In this document: positions 12,779 through 26,834 of the stretch, one piece after another
How positions within the stretch are numbered: position 1 is the first letter of the stretch
Layout: each line of letters opens with the position of its first letter
Assembly: GCA_951406725.2 (NCBI GenBank)
Contig: OX597819.1
Location: 72,788,001 to 72,852,000, forward strand
DNA length: 64,000 nucleotides
Source of the DNA: Octopus vulgaris
Lineage: Eukaryota
Direction: 5' to 3'
Translations under genes and position numbers: made by a program
Notes under the pieces: model-generated
What the model was told of the DNA's origin: nothing
What the model saw: the letters and a program-made list of their open reading frames with translations, nothing else
The model's database searches: none

Positions 12779-13529
12779 CTTTAGAGTGTATTAGGTGCTT
12801 TTTGTTTCGAGGCACTAGCATTAGTCACGTTACATAATAACTTGCAAGACAAAGTAAAGAAGCAAAAAAAAGGAGTATATTTGAGAGAGGAACAGGTGGC
12901 TTTATGCTAAGTTTCGAAGGCTAAAGTACAAAGGACTCTTTGGAAATTAAGCCATTATTGTGTATTAGTTTCTTGAAATATGAAGATTTATTTGCTTTAT
13001 TATTATTATTATTAATATATATAGTTAACGGGTTATAGTTATTATCTTAAAGGTAAATGGTAGTGAAATGTTATTCAATTTATATGGTAGCTAGTTTATT
13101 TATTTTTACATTTTAGTGTTAGTTAAAATTAATTATGTTAGTAGTTTTGTTTTAATTTAAATATTGGGGGATAATTTTCCCTCCTATTTGAAGATGCTGT
13201 AAAATATATCAAATCCATTAAGAATGATATTCAACAGGCTACTGTAGACATTCAATGATGGTTTTCTTTTACTATGGGAACAGATGTTCTTGATGAAACA
13301 TTATTACAACATGATAAACCTGTAGCATTTTTTTAAGGGTCCTTAATTTGATAGAGGTGCAATGGCAAAGACTAATCACATTGTCAAAAGAGGAGTTTAT
13401 GCAATTTACAGAAGCATTTCCTCCAGAAATATTCTAGTCAAGTGTCACATCAAAGGTTCGTTTCATTTGTGTTTGACAACAAAACCCATGTAGATGTAAT
13501 GATAATATGAATGCTTTTTTTTATTTTGG

Positions 13530-13880
13530 TACAAGGGCAACAACAATTCTGTAGGGGAGAGCAAGATGATTACATCAACCCATGTGCTCAGCTGGTACCT
13601 ATTTTCTAGAGTTTTGAAAGGAAAGGAAAAAGAAGAAAAAAAGAAAGGAAGAAAGGCAAGCAGGCAGGCAAAGTTGACCTGAGTGGCATTTGAACTCAGT
13701 ATGTAGAGAGTCTGAAGAAATGGTGCTAAGCATTTTATGCATTGCACTTACAATTCTACCAACTTGCTACCTTAATAATAATAATAATGATGATGATTTT
13801 AAATTTTGGCACAAGGCCAGCAGTTTTAGAAGAGGTTGATTACATCAGCCTGTGCTCAGTTGGTGCTTAGTTTATTGACC
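13530..13880 (-). mobile_element. SINE family B copies (one near full, one partial)
   Basis: ggcaaagttgacctgagtggcatttgaactcag...ctaagcatttt is the reverse of the family B head; (AAT)n flanks. Confidence 0.7.
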
Positions 13881-14584
13881 CCTCCCCTACACACAATGTA
13901 CAGAAGGTGAGTATAAGAGAGAATAGAAAATTGGCGTCAGGAAGTGTGAGTGGATGAGTTCATAGAAGTGCGAGAGGTAGGTAACGGGTGATTAGGAATG
14001 AGAGGAGAGGTTAATGAAGCAAATGATAAACAAAGGGCAGCAGTGTGATTGATGTATAAGGGAGAAGACAAAAGAAATCAGTCAAAGGGGGGGGGAGGGT
14101 CATAAGAAGCAATAAGAAAATGCGTGCAACGGATGTGAAGCAATGATCTCTGCTAATACCATATCTATTTGGTTATATTGCTTCTTCAGAGCCAAAGACA
14201 TATGGAATGTAAATGCTGGAATCCATGAACTTCAGATGGTCAGTTGCAGTTTTTGTTTATCAATCGTTCAAGAGAGCAATCACCTGCATTAGCTGATATG
14301 GAATGTCCAGCACTTACATAAGAAACCAGGAAGGTACAAGCAACACACAATCTCATTTCATACACCTGTCACTTTTACTTAAGTTTTTTAATACTAACCT
14401 GTCCAAGACAGCTTTGAATCTAGGATATAAACTTCCTGTTTTAAAGGAATCTAAATTAAAACCTTCCATCAAAATTCTATGTTAATTTATATTTCAAATA
14501 CCTGATTATTAATGACAAAGCTGTTTTACTAAATTCAATATATAGGGCTAATCAGTTGAAAGACATATTCCTTCAGTGGCAAGT

Positions 14585-14811
14585 TTAACCCCTTTGGTAC
14601 CAACCCAGCCAAGGCAGCCCCTGGTTCTAACACATAAACTTCCTGTTTTAAAGAAATCTAAATTTAAACCTTCCACCAAAATGTTAATTTATGTTGCAAA
14701 TACCAGTTTGATAATGACAATATTATTTTACTAAATTCTTCTTTACTTTTAAAATTAAATGAAACAAAGGCAAGGTGTATTTGGTCAGAAATATGGTAAT
14801 GGAAGGGTTAA
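14585..14811. mobile_element. piggyBac-type MITE family B
   Basis: TTAA-CCCCTTT...AAGGG-TTAA ends; a partial copy directly upstream (about 14390-14540). Confidence 0.75.
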
Positions 14812-16266
14812 ATGAAGAATCTGTGTTCTTCCAAAACTTATTTCCAGTTGGTAAAATGGAAATAAAAAAATGTCTGAAACTTTAGTCATAGAGATCAGTC
14901 ACTTTTCCAATTAAGAATCTCATCTGTATTCTTCAACTAATTTTTCTGTTACCACCAGCAACTAATCATAAATCTATTTTGACAATTTCAGAAAGTGCTG
15001 CCAAACACTTCTGACGCTTTCACCATACTAACTTGATAAATTTGTGGATTTGTAAATCCATTTTGCCAATAATATTCTAAATAAATAAAGAAAGAAAGAA
15101 AGAATAAGCATTATTTTCATTTTTTGCACTGAATATGAAAGATGTCAGATATTCATCATCCATCAATTTGATGTTTTTTAGGAGGAGAGAAGCTGTCCTC
15201 CATTCCACAAAATTTTTTATTTATTTATTTTTTTAACAAACAGCATTATTAGAAGTTGGACATAAACATTTCATTTTCTCTGATTCTGTAACCATCCTCA
15301 AAATAGAAATTAAGTAAATCTCTCTCTCACTCTGTAATGTGATCATCTATAAAAGACACAACAGGACAAGAGTGGAAAGAACCAAATGTCTTCTCTTATA
15401 GTGTTGTTTGTCAATATATGTAAGTAAAGGAATATACATAGAAATAGATGAATGTAGGTTAAAATAATGTGGATGACTGGTGGTGGTGGTGGTTGCAAAA
15501 TGGAAGCAGTGTTATAAAAAAAAATCGTTGTGGTGGTAATGAAGATGACAAAGATAGAGCTTATGAAAAGAGATAAAATAGCAGGGGTGGTGAGTGGAGG
15601 AGGTAAATTTCAACCTAAGATAATGGTAACGACAGAAAGGAAGCTGATGCTGGAAACTATGATGATGATGATGACAATGAAGATATTAAATGAAAAGATA
15701 GAGGCAGTGGCTTTGATGATAAGTCACATATTTGAAACTCAGATAAACTTAATATCTCAAGAGTGTTTGGTAAAGAGTAAATACAGGGCTGTAAGAATCA
15801 AAGACAGACACAATGTCGGAGTGAAAAGCAATTATTTGGATTGTGAGAGTTGGAATTAGTAGAAATGCACCTACAACATCTAAATGAAAATTATTTCCAA
15901 TTTCACAGATAATAATTTGACTGTTTTCTGTGCTGAAGAATAATCAAATCAGATGTAAGGGTTTTGCATAAATGAGGATCTGATAGAAGCAATTGTGTTT
16001 CTAAGAATAAGACTGAGAAAATATTGGAATTTGGATTGTTAATTTAACCTCTGTTCTAATTAGATATAATGTTTCTTTGATTAATGCTACAGGAATAAAC
16101 TTTTCAAATACTAATATAATTATAAACAAAAATGAGGGGGTGGGGGATTATGTATCTGATTGAATGTATTTCTTCTAAAATGGTCATTTGTTAAGAAGCT
16201 TTTAATTTTGATGTACTTTAGATTTTTGAACTGTTAAAGAAAGAGGCGCCTTTCTGATTTTTATGA

Positions 16267-16570
16267 TCATCATTTAACATCTGCTTTTCCATGCTTGAAT
16301 GGGTCAGATGGAATTTGTTGAGATGGATTTTCTATGGCAGAATGCTCTTCCTGTCACTAACCCTCACTTGCTTCCAAGCAAAGTAATATTTTCCTCCATG
16401 GTCAGGTATGTTTTTCAGGAATATTGGAAACTAATGTCATTTGTATGGCAGTGATACATGTTTGCAACCATCACATGATATCAACACACACACACACACA
16501 CACTTTTTTCAATTTCCACCTACCAAATCCACTCACATTCCTTTGGTCAGACCAGGAGAGTAGTGGAAGA
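16267..16570 (-). mobile_element. SINE family A copy (5' truncated)
   Basis: catcatttaacatctgc tail; caccaaatccactcac-type body; central (CA)n. Confidence 0.75.
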
Positions 16571-17886
16571 TACTCTTTCCTCTCATAATATTTCTACAGA
16601 TTATTTTTTAAAAATATTTTTTTCACTTTATGGGCTTTTTGATAAAAATATTTCATGTTTTTTTTTTTTATTTCATTACTCTTGTTTTGCGCTAAACTGC
16701 TAGTAACTTCTTTAATAAATAATATGGAAAACTACAAGCAGCCAAGCTATATTCTAAACTAACAAATTGAAGTTTAATAGAGACTACACCAAAAGATTTG
16801 GCTGTCACTGAATTCGTTAATTAATTAATTAATCTAATCAATTTGACTAAAGTATAGGCAATACTGAAGTTTACTAAAGGCAATATCTAAAGATTTTAGC
16901 TTTCACTGTGTTTGTAAATTAAATATATAATCTAATTAAATTTACTAGATACATGAGAACAATTGTAAATATTTGTTTATTATGTGGACAGTAAAAGAGG
17001 GACTAACTGAACACCAGTTTCTCGTTTATTATATCCTTGTTAGAAGCTAAATACTTAACGAGAGAGCACAGTGTCCAGTCAATTCCTCCTTTGTTGTCCA
17101 CAGTGAGGTTGTATAATAAATGGCAATAAAAACTATTTTGTGTATTAAATGAATTTACAAATGTAGTGCTGGCAAAAATCTTTCGGTATACCTATAGTAA
17201 ACTTTGGTACGAAGAATAAACACTGCTGGCACATTGTTAATTAACATAACTTTAAATGGGTTCAGGTACGAAAAAATAGCTGAATATTTCCTGGTGGCCA
17301 TATATGTTGTATGATTTCAATCAATATAAGAAATATTTGATTTAGTTTAATTACAGACAGAAATCAGAGTTGATGGTATCATAGTTTGATGAAGGCTCTG
17401 TCTACTGATTGTACAATCTTTAGTAAATGCTAAATGAGAGCTTAACATTTTCTTACAAGTTAAGGCAAAATAAGACACCCATTTTTTTCTTTAAGGGATG
17501 GAGCAGTACAATTTTTCATAAACAAAATATTGAACAGACTCCAAAACATTACAAATTGATTTTTAATGATTTAAAGTTAATATAAAATGTTGGTTATATT
17601 CACAACTTTAATGAAGAGCCCTTCAGACAAGAAACTTTCCAACTATACTTAGAAATCTGTTTAGGAGTAAATTTTGAATTGACATATTTTCAAAGTTCTA
17701 AAATTTGTTAAAAGATCAACAGCCTGTTAAGATAACTGATGTTAAAATACAAACACTGGTAAATATCTAATTTCAAAACAAAGAAAAAACGAGACTTAAA
17801 TTAGTCAAGCTTATTTTTCAAAATATTTTATAAAGCTTAACAGGACAGTAAAAGTAGTACAGTATGTCTACTAAAGACAGAATGCT

Positions 17887-17947
<61 letters not shown>

Positions 17948-17962
17948 TAATATACACACACA

Positions 17963-18098
17963 CGCAGGTGTGACTGAGTGGTAAGAAGCTTGCTTCCCAA
18001 CCACATGGTTCTGGGTTCTACTATAGCTTTAGACCAACCAAAACCTTGTGAGCAGATTCCATCTACCACAAGGTAGATGGAAACTGAAAGAAGCCTGT

Positions 18099-18144
<46 letters not shown>

Positions 18145-18343
18145 CTTGTGTATCTGTATTTGTCATGCACCCCCATCGCTTGACAACCGGTGTTGGTGTG
18201 TTTATGGTTTTGTAAACTAGCAGCTCAGCAAAAGAGACGGATGGAATAAGTACTAGGCTTAGAAAGAATAAGTCCTGAGGTAAATTTCTTTGACTAAAGG
18301 CAGTGCTCCAGCATGGCCACAGTCAAATGACAAAGAGGTAAAA

Positions 18344-18346
<3 letters not shown>
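17963..18346 (+). mobile_element. SINE family A copy, alternative tail (ccagcatggccacagtcaaatgac)
   Basis: gcaggtgtgactgagtggtaagaagcttgcttcccaaccacatggttctgggttc head; central (GT)n; flanked by (TA)n. Confidence 0.85.
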
Positions 18347-18399
<53 letters not shown>

Positions 18400-18964
18400 A
18401 AAATTTTTGACTGTCAGAATTAGAGTCAATAATGGTTTTATCTACAGCCAGCAGCTTTATGATGCTCCTATGCATAATCAGTAATACATCTATGATTCTA
18501 CATACTTTCTTCCATAGTTTTAATTACAATACAACCACTCAACAAGTTCATTATCTCTCCTTCAAAAGTTGTTAAAGGAAGGAGAAAAGATATGTTTCCA
18601 TTCATATTAAAGGAACTATATTACAAAATAATTAGTCATTTTACTAGTCGTTGTTGTCCTTTGAAACTAGATTCTTTCACACATACTCCCGGACATGGAG
18701 CAAGCTCATAGCCAATAGCCATCTTGTATCTGTTCACATGGCCTTTTCTTATAACACCCCTTATTCTCCTCTTCCTTGTCCTTATCACTGATCCCTCCGA
18801 TAGTGAGCAGTAACATAACAGGATATATTATATAACAATACAAAGTTGATAGTTAAGGAAGTAAGTAATAACAATAATGCTCTTCAAACAAACATTCACA
18901 AAGAATGAAAAGAAGTGGCATGGTACGTTTTTTAAAAGCCTTTTCCCCTGTCTCTGAAGGGCTT

Positions 18965-19189
18965 TTAAGCCTTTAGCATTTAAACCAGCCATATCTGGCA
19001 CAAATATCTGACCTTGTTTTATGTTCAAACTGGCAAGAGATTTGGCCTCTCGCACCTACCCTACAATGTCATTTTAAAAATAAATAATCACATTATCAAA
19101 ATCCTTGAAGCTATAAGCTAAAGCATGATTAATTCAAAACCATGTGAATAAATAAATCTTACATTTGACTGAGTAATCTAAAGGGTTCA
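18965..19189. mobile_element. piggyBac-type MITE family A
   Basis: TTAA-GCCTTTAGCATT...AAAGGG ends; about 220-bp body shared with 23252, 24570, 26607, 29149 and 49629 copies. Confidence 0.8.
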
Positions 19190-19366
19190 ACCATGGTTGG
19201 TGATCAACACCACTTATAAGTTGCTCTCATCTCTCAAATCTTTAATCAAACTCATTTCATGACTAGAAGGTTTGACTTACTAAATCACTATTTCTTTAAA
19301 AAGTGATTCCATTCTCCTGTCAACTGCTGCAAAGCCTTTTATTGAAATTCAGAAAGAAGAAGAAGA

Positions 19367-19397
<31 letters not shown>

Positions 19398-20489
19398 GTG
19401 GTGGTGGTGGTGGTGACAACAGCAACCACTTCCACAATCAAATTTCAAAAACCCAAAGACACACCACACAACTGCCCCCCCAACCCAACATTTTTTTCAT
19501 TTATCTTAAAAGTTCTTTGTAAGGTAGTTATTATAAAAACCAGGCATTAATTCCATTTTCTTCCTTTTTATACCTATGCAATCTGCTTTTATATAGCAAT
19601 TCCAATCTGCTCCCTTTTAAAAAGGCACTGATTCCTTTTGACAAACATGCATTTCTCTGGCAATGTGCAATTAACTTTCAGCTTGAATAAGCACAACCAT
19701 GAGACTATAAGACTGTTCCAATGTGAATAGCAGGAGAGAGAGGGGAGGAGGAAGAAGAGAGAGAGAGGAGGAGAGGGAGCAGAGAGATTCTTTTTTCTTT
19801 TTTTAAATGATTTTAAAAATTACTGATTTCTCTCTCTTACTCTCCCTCGCTATTTCCATTTTTTCTGTACATGATAAATGAAACCAAATCTATTATTTTT
19901 ATTCAACATGAGAGACAAAATAGTTTATGTCATTAGAAGACAGTATTTTCATTTCCAAACGAGAAAGCAACTGCTATGTAAATCTTGTCATTTAACGATA
20001 TTTTATAGCCCTACAATACTTAACTGTATGCCAACATTCAGCTTTTTATATATATATATATATATAATATATGTATGTATGTATGTATACACCTACATAC
20101 ATTTGTGTCAGCGTGTGGGTACATGAGCTGAGAGAGTGAGAGTGAGTGTGTGTGTTAAAAAAAATCCATTCTTTGATGGATTTGAAACTATTAGCAGCAG
20201 TTTTTTGCTCATGTTTTATACAGAAACATCATTCACGGTGGTTATATTAGAAACTGGGATTATTGCATTGCACACATGAATATACCGAAGACTTAATACT
20301 TTCAATGTTTTGCTAGTTGAAAATATGTAAATGAGTTTAAAATAAGAATAACAATATTTCATTATATTCTAAGAAGGAAGCTCATATTAATTTAACATTT
20401 TTATCTCAAAAAATATTGTGAAGACAGCATGATAACAAAAACTACTGGAACACCATATTAAGTGTTTTGCACTACTATTTAGCCCATCT

Positions 20490-20905
20490 TTATCTAACAT
20501 CTGTTTTCCATGTTGCCATGGACTTGACAGGAGCTGGTAAGGCCAAGAGCTGCACTGTTTTGGCATGGTTTTTACAGCTGGATGCCCTTCCTAATGCCAA
20601 CCACTTTACAGAGTGTACTGGGTGCTTTTTATGTGGCACCATCACCAGTGCTTTCATGAACAAATTTGGTAAACAGAAACTGTGAGGAAACCCAGCGCAC
20701 ACATGTGTGCGTGTGTTGATAACTGGTGTTGGTTTGTTACAACCCTGTAACTTAGTGGCTCAATTAAAGTGGCCAATAAAATTAATACCAGACTTTAAAA
20801 AAAAAAACACAAGTACTAGGGTCAATTTGTTCAACGAAAACCTTTCAAAGTGATGCTCCAGCATGGTTACAGTCCAATGACTGAGACAAGTAAAAGGGTA
20901 AAAGA
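20490..20905. mobile_element. RTE/SINE tail (minus) fused to a SINE A 3' half (plus)
   Basis: cagctggatgcccttcctaatgccaaccac followed by acagaaactg...ccagcatggttacagtccaatgactg. Confidence 0.7.
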
Positions 20906-22961
20906 TAATCAACAGAATCTGTCACTATTTAAATATAACACTGTGATGACACAAACACAAAATGTGTTTCATCCTCTTTCTGCATCAAATAAGGGTCTAA
21001 AAACAGAACAGCTTTGGTGAAATTAATGCTGGGTTAAAGAGTTTGAAAAGATAATACAAGAAAGGAAGGAAGGAACTGTATGAACTGTGATTCTTGCAAT
21101 AAAGCACTTTGAGTAAAACTTGATGAATTTAAACAGAGATGCAAAACATGAATGGCACACACAAAAAAGGAGAGAATTATTATTAGCAACTATAGTTACT
21201 CTAACATGTGTAATAATTATGCTGTAGCATGGTCATGGCATGCAGTCAATGAACATGGAAGATCTATGAAGATGGGAGAGAAATGACCAGAGAATGAATA
21301 GCATTAATTTGAATTTGTGACATAGATTTGCATAAAAGTCAGAGTGCTAATGAGATGAGAAAGCGGCTGGGAATTATAGACAAAGATCAATGTGTGCTGA
21401 CAGTGAATGGTACACATTGATAGACGACCAAAGAAGACATAAGGTAGAATATTCGGCCACCACACTGAAGATGGCAGAGGATCAAGTTGTCAAGGTTACA
21501 TTCAATTTCCATTCAAAAGACATCCAAGCTGACACTTTGAGGAAGGAAAAGGCATCATACTCAATGTGACATAGGGTTGAAAAGAATGGTGATATGCTAT
21601 ACTGTCAACATATTCCTAGTTATTTTATACTGGATGGGTGGGGGAAGAACTAGTAGTGGTGATGAAACAACAATAAAAACAAAGAGATGGTGGGTAAGAG
21701 AGGGAGGGGAGAGGGTTCAAGACAAGGTTTGAGTAGGAGAAAGTAGTGAAATAAATTGCAACAGGTTTGAATGTTAAAAGAGGGTAACCCTAAAGTTCCA
21801 AGGAGCAGAGCCCATTCCAGCAGTTTCTCCAGCTGGGAAGGGAGAAGGAAGGATAGAGATGATGTGTCTGGGTGTATTCTCAGGGTACAGGGTGGGTAAA
21901 GAGAGAATAAGGGTAGAGAATCATGGACAGCTGGATGGGTAGGTAGGTTTGCAAGAGAAGTTTTCAAAATAATGACATCAACTTTTTACAAATTTATATT
22001 TTTGTTTATAATGAAGACTCACACTTTTGTTAATACTTGTCTTTTGCATCACAGCACAACAGAGGGCAGTCCCACTGCATATCACCTTGAGTAATTAATT
22101 ACAGCTCCAGACTGACCAGTGCCATGTAAGTGAATTTAGTAAATGAAAACTGTATGGAAGCCCATTTTGTATGTGTGCATGCGTGTGCATGAATATTTAT
22201 ATTCTAGAGCATTACTTGCCAGTAGTTGAGTGAAACAGTGACATGGTATTCATTTTCAGAGTTGACATTACAACCAAATTGTTCTGGGCTTTCAAAAAAC
22301 TGTGGAATTGGAAAGAAAATAGAAATCCCCCAACTTGAAAACCAAGTAAGGATGGGTGACAGGAAGAACATCTGGTCATAAAATCTTGCCTCAGTTAAGT
22401 CCCCATCTAACCCGTGCCAGCACAAATAAATAATTAAAAAAAAAAAACAGACATCAAACAAAGAATGAAATAAGCAAACAGCTACATAGTTAAGATGAAC
22501 ATCTTATAAGGAATGTAGCCAACCATATAAGTGTTTCAGCAATTCCTGGAAGCAACTAAATTCACAGACTTTTATACAAACAAGCTAAAAGAGGAAAATA
22601 GAACACCACCACCACCACACCCATAATTTCCATCAACAACATCACCACCATTCTAGTTGCAATGATTTCCCCAAGCTAATAAGTATAGTATAAAATGTTT
22701 GCAGCAGCCTTTAATAAAATGTAATGAGTCAATGAGACAGCTTAGAAGGTCATTTCTGGCCACAACTAATATTTATTAGGTTTGAAATAGCAAATGATGC
22801 AAGAGATGTAAAAGACAGGAATTTACAAATGTTTTGTAAAAGTATGAGGATCTTCAGTGTAAACACACAAACAGCAACAAAGTCGTGTCTCTGTTAATTG
22901 CTATTTTAATAAGTAATATTATGAAACTAGATTTTCATGCTACACACAATTGTTTTACTAT

Positions 22962-23469
22962 CAAATGTAAATGCTTAATATTATTCAGGTTTTAAATTAA
23001 TCATGCATTATCTCATAGCTTTGAGATTTTGATGATGTGAATATTGGTTTTTAGAATGACACAATAGGGTAGGTGTGAAAGGCTGGATCTAGCCAGTTTT
23101 GACCATAAAACTGGTTTAGATTCCTGATCTGGGGATTGAAACCATGATTTTGCAATCATGAATGCAATACCATAGCCTCTAGGCCAAACCTTTTATAAGA
23201 AATACATTTCCAAGAATATCAAGCCCCTCCTAGGAACCAACAATAAAAAATTTAACCCTTCAGCATTTAAGCCAGCCATACCTGGCCCAACTATTTTAAG
23301 TTTAATTGTCCCCATCCAGCCTCTCACACCTAACCTAAAATGTCATACTAAAAATAAACAATCACATCATCAAAATCTTGAAGTTACGAGATAATAAATA
23401 ATTAATTCAAAACAATGTGAATAAATAAGCTCTGCATTTAACAGGGTAATCTGAATGCCAAAGGGTTAA
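22962..23469. mobile_element. Composite foldback: two oppositely oriented MITE-A units around a shared spacer of about 140 bp containing a tRNA-like head
   Basis: MITE-A body (22962-23110) in one orientation and full TTAA-bounded copy (23252-23469) in the other; the spacer recurs at 49730-49870. Confidence 0.7.
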
Positions 23470-24055
23470 ATAACAAATCTTTCCTATATATAGATTGCAT
23501 ACGATAATGTCAGAACTGTGACGATAGCAAGATGATTATTTTGAAGAGAAATTTGTAAACCAGTTCCACCAAGAAATACAAATAGTAATAAAACAAAGCA
23601 AAGTTCAGTAATTGGTAACACAACAAAGTTTAGTGATGACCAAAGTTAGTTATTTAGAGCCAGACAGAAAATATAATGTTGACCTAAGTTTTTTAAACTC
23701 TGAACCGTAATAGACGAAACTAAAATATGACAACTGGGGCTACATTTGATGTGCATCTGCTTTAACCTTTCTCCAACTTAACTAAAAGAACCATTTTAAT
23801 CAATTCTAACTAAAAGAAATTAATAAATGTAAACACAAATTTTTAATACATATGTGGTCAGTGTTGTGTACTATTAATTATTAAGGTTGTTGATACCTGA
23901 AACAAAATCTACTGCAAAGTAACTGTGCCTCTGTGTGTGTATGACAGGATTCCCCCTTTTTTCTCCTTTTTTTCTGTAACAATTTTGTTTCACTATTGCA
24001 TTTTATTCTTCCCAGTTTTTATCTTTGTTCAAAAGAAACTGAATAAATATTTAGA

Positions 24056-24432
24056 CTTGCTAACTTCCCAACCACATGGTTTTGGGTTCAGCCCCCTGCA
24101 TTGCACTTTGGGCTAGTGTTTTCTGCTCTTGTATCAGGTCAACCAGAGCCTTGTGAAAGGATTTGATAGTCGGAAACTGAAAGAAAGCTTGCGCATGTAC
24201 GTGCTAGAGTGCATATGCCTGTGTCTCTTTTGTGTTGATATCATCTGATTGTTGTAAATAAATTTCATTCATTTCCACTATTTTGTGAGAATGTCTGGTG
24301 ATGGGGAAATATTACCTTGCTTGGAAACAGGTAAGGGCAATAGGAAGAGGATTTGACCAGAGAAAATCTGACACAAATTCTGAACCATGCAAATATGGAA
24401 AAGTAGGCATTAAAATGAAGATGATGATGATG
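24056..24432 (+). mobile_element. SINE family A copy
   Basis: cttcccaaccacatggttttgggttcag...ggaaactgaaagaaagc...(ATG)n tail. Confidence 0.8.
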
Positions 24433-24569
24433 AACACACAGGTAACAACAGAGGCACATAATGTTTTGGCAGTTGAATAAGAGCAATTAAGGGAGTATAA
24501 CAAGGTGATCAATTAGCCTTAGTGCTTCCATCATTAGACTGATTTTGGAAGTATATATATTTCTTTTGA

Positions 24570-24794
24570 TTAATCCTTTAGCATTCAAACCTGTGCCATA
24601 TCTGGCCAAAATGTTAACTTGTTGTATGTTAAATCTGGCCAGATCTGGCCTTTCACCTCAATCCTAAAATGTCATTCTAAAACTAAACAATCACATCACT
24701 GAAATCTCTGAACTACAAGATAATGCATGATTAATTCAAATATAAATAAACAAAGAGTACATTTGACAGAGTAATCTGGATAATAACAGGTTAA
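24570..24794. mobile_element. piggyBac-type MITE family A
   Basis: TTAA at both ends, tcctttagcatt start, shared body. Confidence 0.8.
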
Positions 24795-24847
24795 GCACAA
24801 AGCTAATTTTGCAAAGAGGAAGGAGTAAATTCAATTTGAATCTACCT

Positions 24848-25096
<249 letters not shown>

Positions 25097-26314
25097 ACTC
25101 TATGAGACACAGTGAGATGAAAATACATTTCATGCAGCTGGGATTTTAACTTAGAATGCAGAAAGATTGGACTAAATCATCGTTCATCATCATAATCATT
25201 CAACATTTGTTTTCCATGTTGGCATGGGTTGGATGGTTTGATAGGAGCTGCACTAGTTCCCGTTGTCTGTTTCAACAGCTTGATGCCCTTCCCAACACTA
25301 GCCACTTTACAGAGTGTATTGGGTGCTTTTTATGTGGCACCAACAGGGTTACCAAGTATCTTGCAAAAGCCTAATTCTGTTGACTCATTGGCCTGTAGTT
25401 TGGATATCATCATCATTTTAATAACCACTTTTCCATGCTGGAGTTTACTAAAGCAGATTCCTAGAGCCAGATGCTCTTCCTATCACCAACACTTGCTTCC
25501 AAGTAAAGCAATATTCCCTCACATCCAAACAGGTTTTCACAGAATATTGGAAACGAATGACACTGTTTGTAAGACAATGGCAACCATGATGCGACGTCAA
25601 AACAAGACACAAAACACAAGGCTAAAATGGAAGAAAGTGCCCCAAAGTGATTAAAACAAAATTCACACAAAAATGTAACTCAAATTGTCCAACTAATGCC
25701 GGCATGAAAGAGATGTTAACTGACAATGATGATGAAAGGATCAAGTCTTCTGGAAACAATGAAGACATTTCATTCTAAAAAAATTTAATTTGTTATGAAT
25801 TGATTTCAGAGGATAACTTTAACATTCTCAATCTAAGTGGGTTGTGGAAATTTTCCATCATTAACCTAGTCTTTCAAGTGTCAATTACACACATTATTTG
25901 TGTGTATGTGTGCGCGCGTGATGCATGTGTGCGTGTATTGTGTTGCATGTGTATTTTCCAGAGAGGCGTGCTGCTTATGTACACATGATCTTCTGTGGTT
26001 TCTGAACCATACCACAACCAACATTGTAACAATCAATAGCATATGAGTAAACCTACAACAAACCATTCATATGAAAAGTCTACAAATTTGAGATCAATAA
26101 AAAATAACCCTTTTTTAAACAGATTACATGCAGGAACTGTTTACTTGTGACATTACAAATTAGAACAGTTAACAAGATAAAGAACTAAACAATATCTCCC
26201 ACTCATGACACTCACACTAAACAAGACCCCTTGGTCTAATTATTCCAGGTTTATTATCTGATACACTTCTTTCCTATGCAAAGGAAAATATCCCTCACCA
26301 GTTGGTATTAGAGG

Positions 26315-26560
26315 TAGTGGCATGTAAAAAGCACCATCTGAACGTGATCGATGCTAGGCCCACCTGAGTGGCTCTCATGCTGGTGGCATGTAAAAGCACC
26401 CACTACACTCGGAGTGGTTGGCGTTAGGAAGGCTATCCAGCTGTAGAAACACTGCCTGATCAGATTGGAGCCTGGTGCAGCTGCTAGCTCACCAGACCTC
26501 AGTTAAACCATCCAACCCATGCCAGCATGATGATGATGATGATGATAATGATGATGACAA
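26315..26560 (+). mobile_element. RTE-type LINE/SINE 3' tail
   Basis: Repeated ggcatgtaaaaagcacc units, gagtggttggcgttaggaagg, (ATG)n end. Confidence 0.8.
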
Positions 26561-26606
26561 TGAAATGCTGAGATTGGTAGAGAGATTAATAAACTGGCTG
26601 AACAGC

Positions 26607-26834
26607 TTCACCCATTAGCATTCGGATTATTCTGTCGAATGTAATGCTTATTTATTCACATTGCTTTGAATTAATCATGGCTTATCTTGTAGCTTTGAGA
26701 TTTTGAGGACATGATTGCTAATTTTTAGAATGACATTGTAGGGTAGGTGTGAGAGGCTAGATTTGGTCAGTTTGAACTTAAAACAGATAGAACATTTGGT
26801 CTAGTTATGGCCAGTTTAAATGCTAAAGGATTAA
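26607..26834. mobile_element. piggyBac-type MITE family A
   Basis: cccattagcattcggatt...tttaaatgctaaaggaTTAA; followed by a partial MITE-B near 26960-27035. Confidence 0.8.

Noticed and set aside
15530-15859. 109-aa ORF with Met runs
   Set aside because: Purine-rich low-complexity sequence built on (GAT)n/(GGT)n, antisense to the host gene, with no motif
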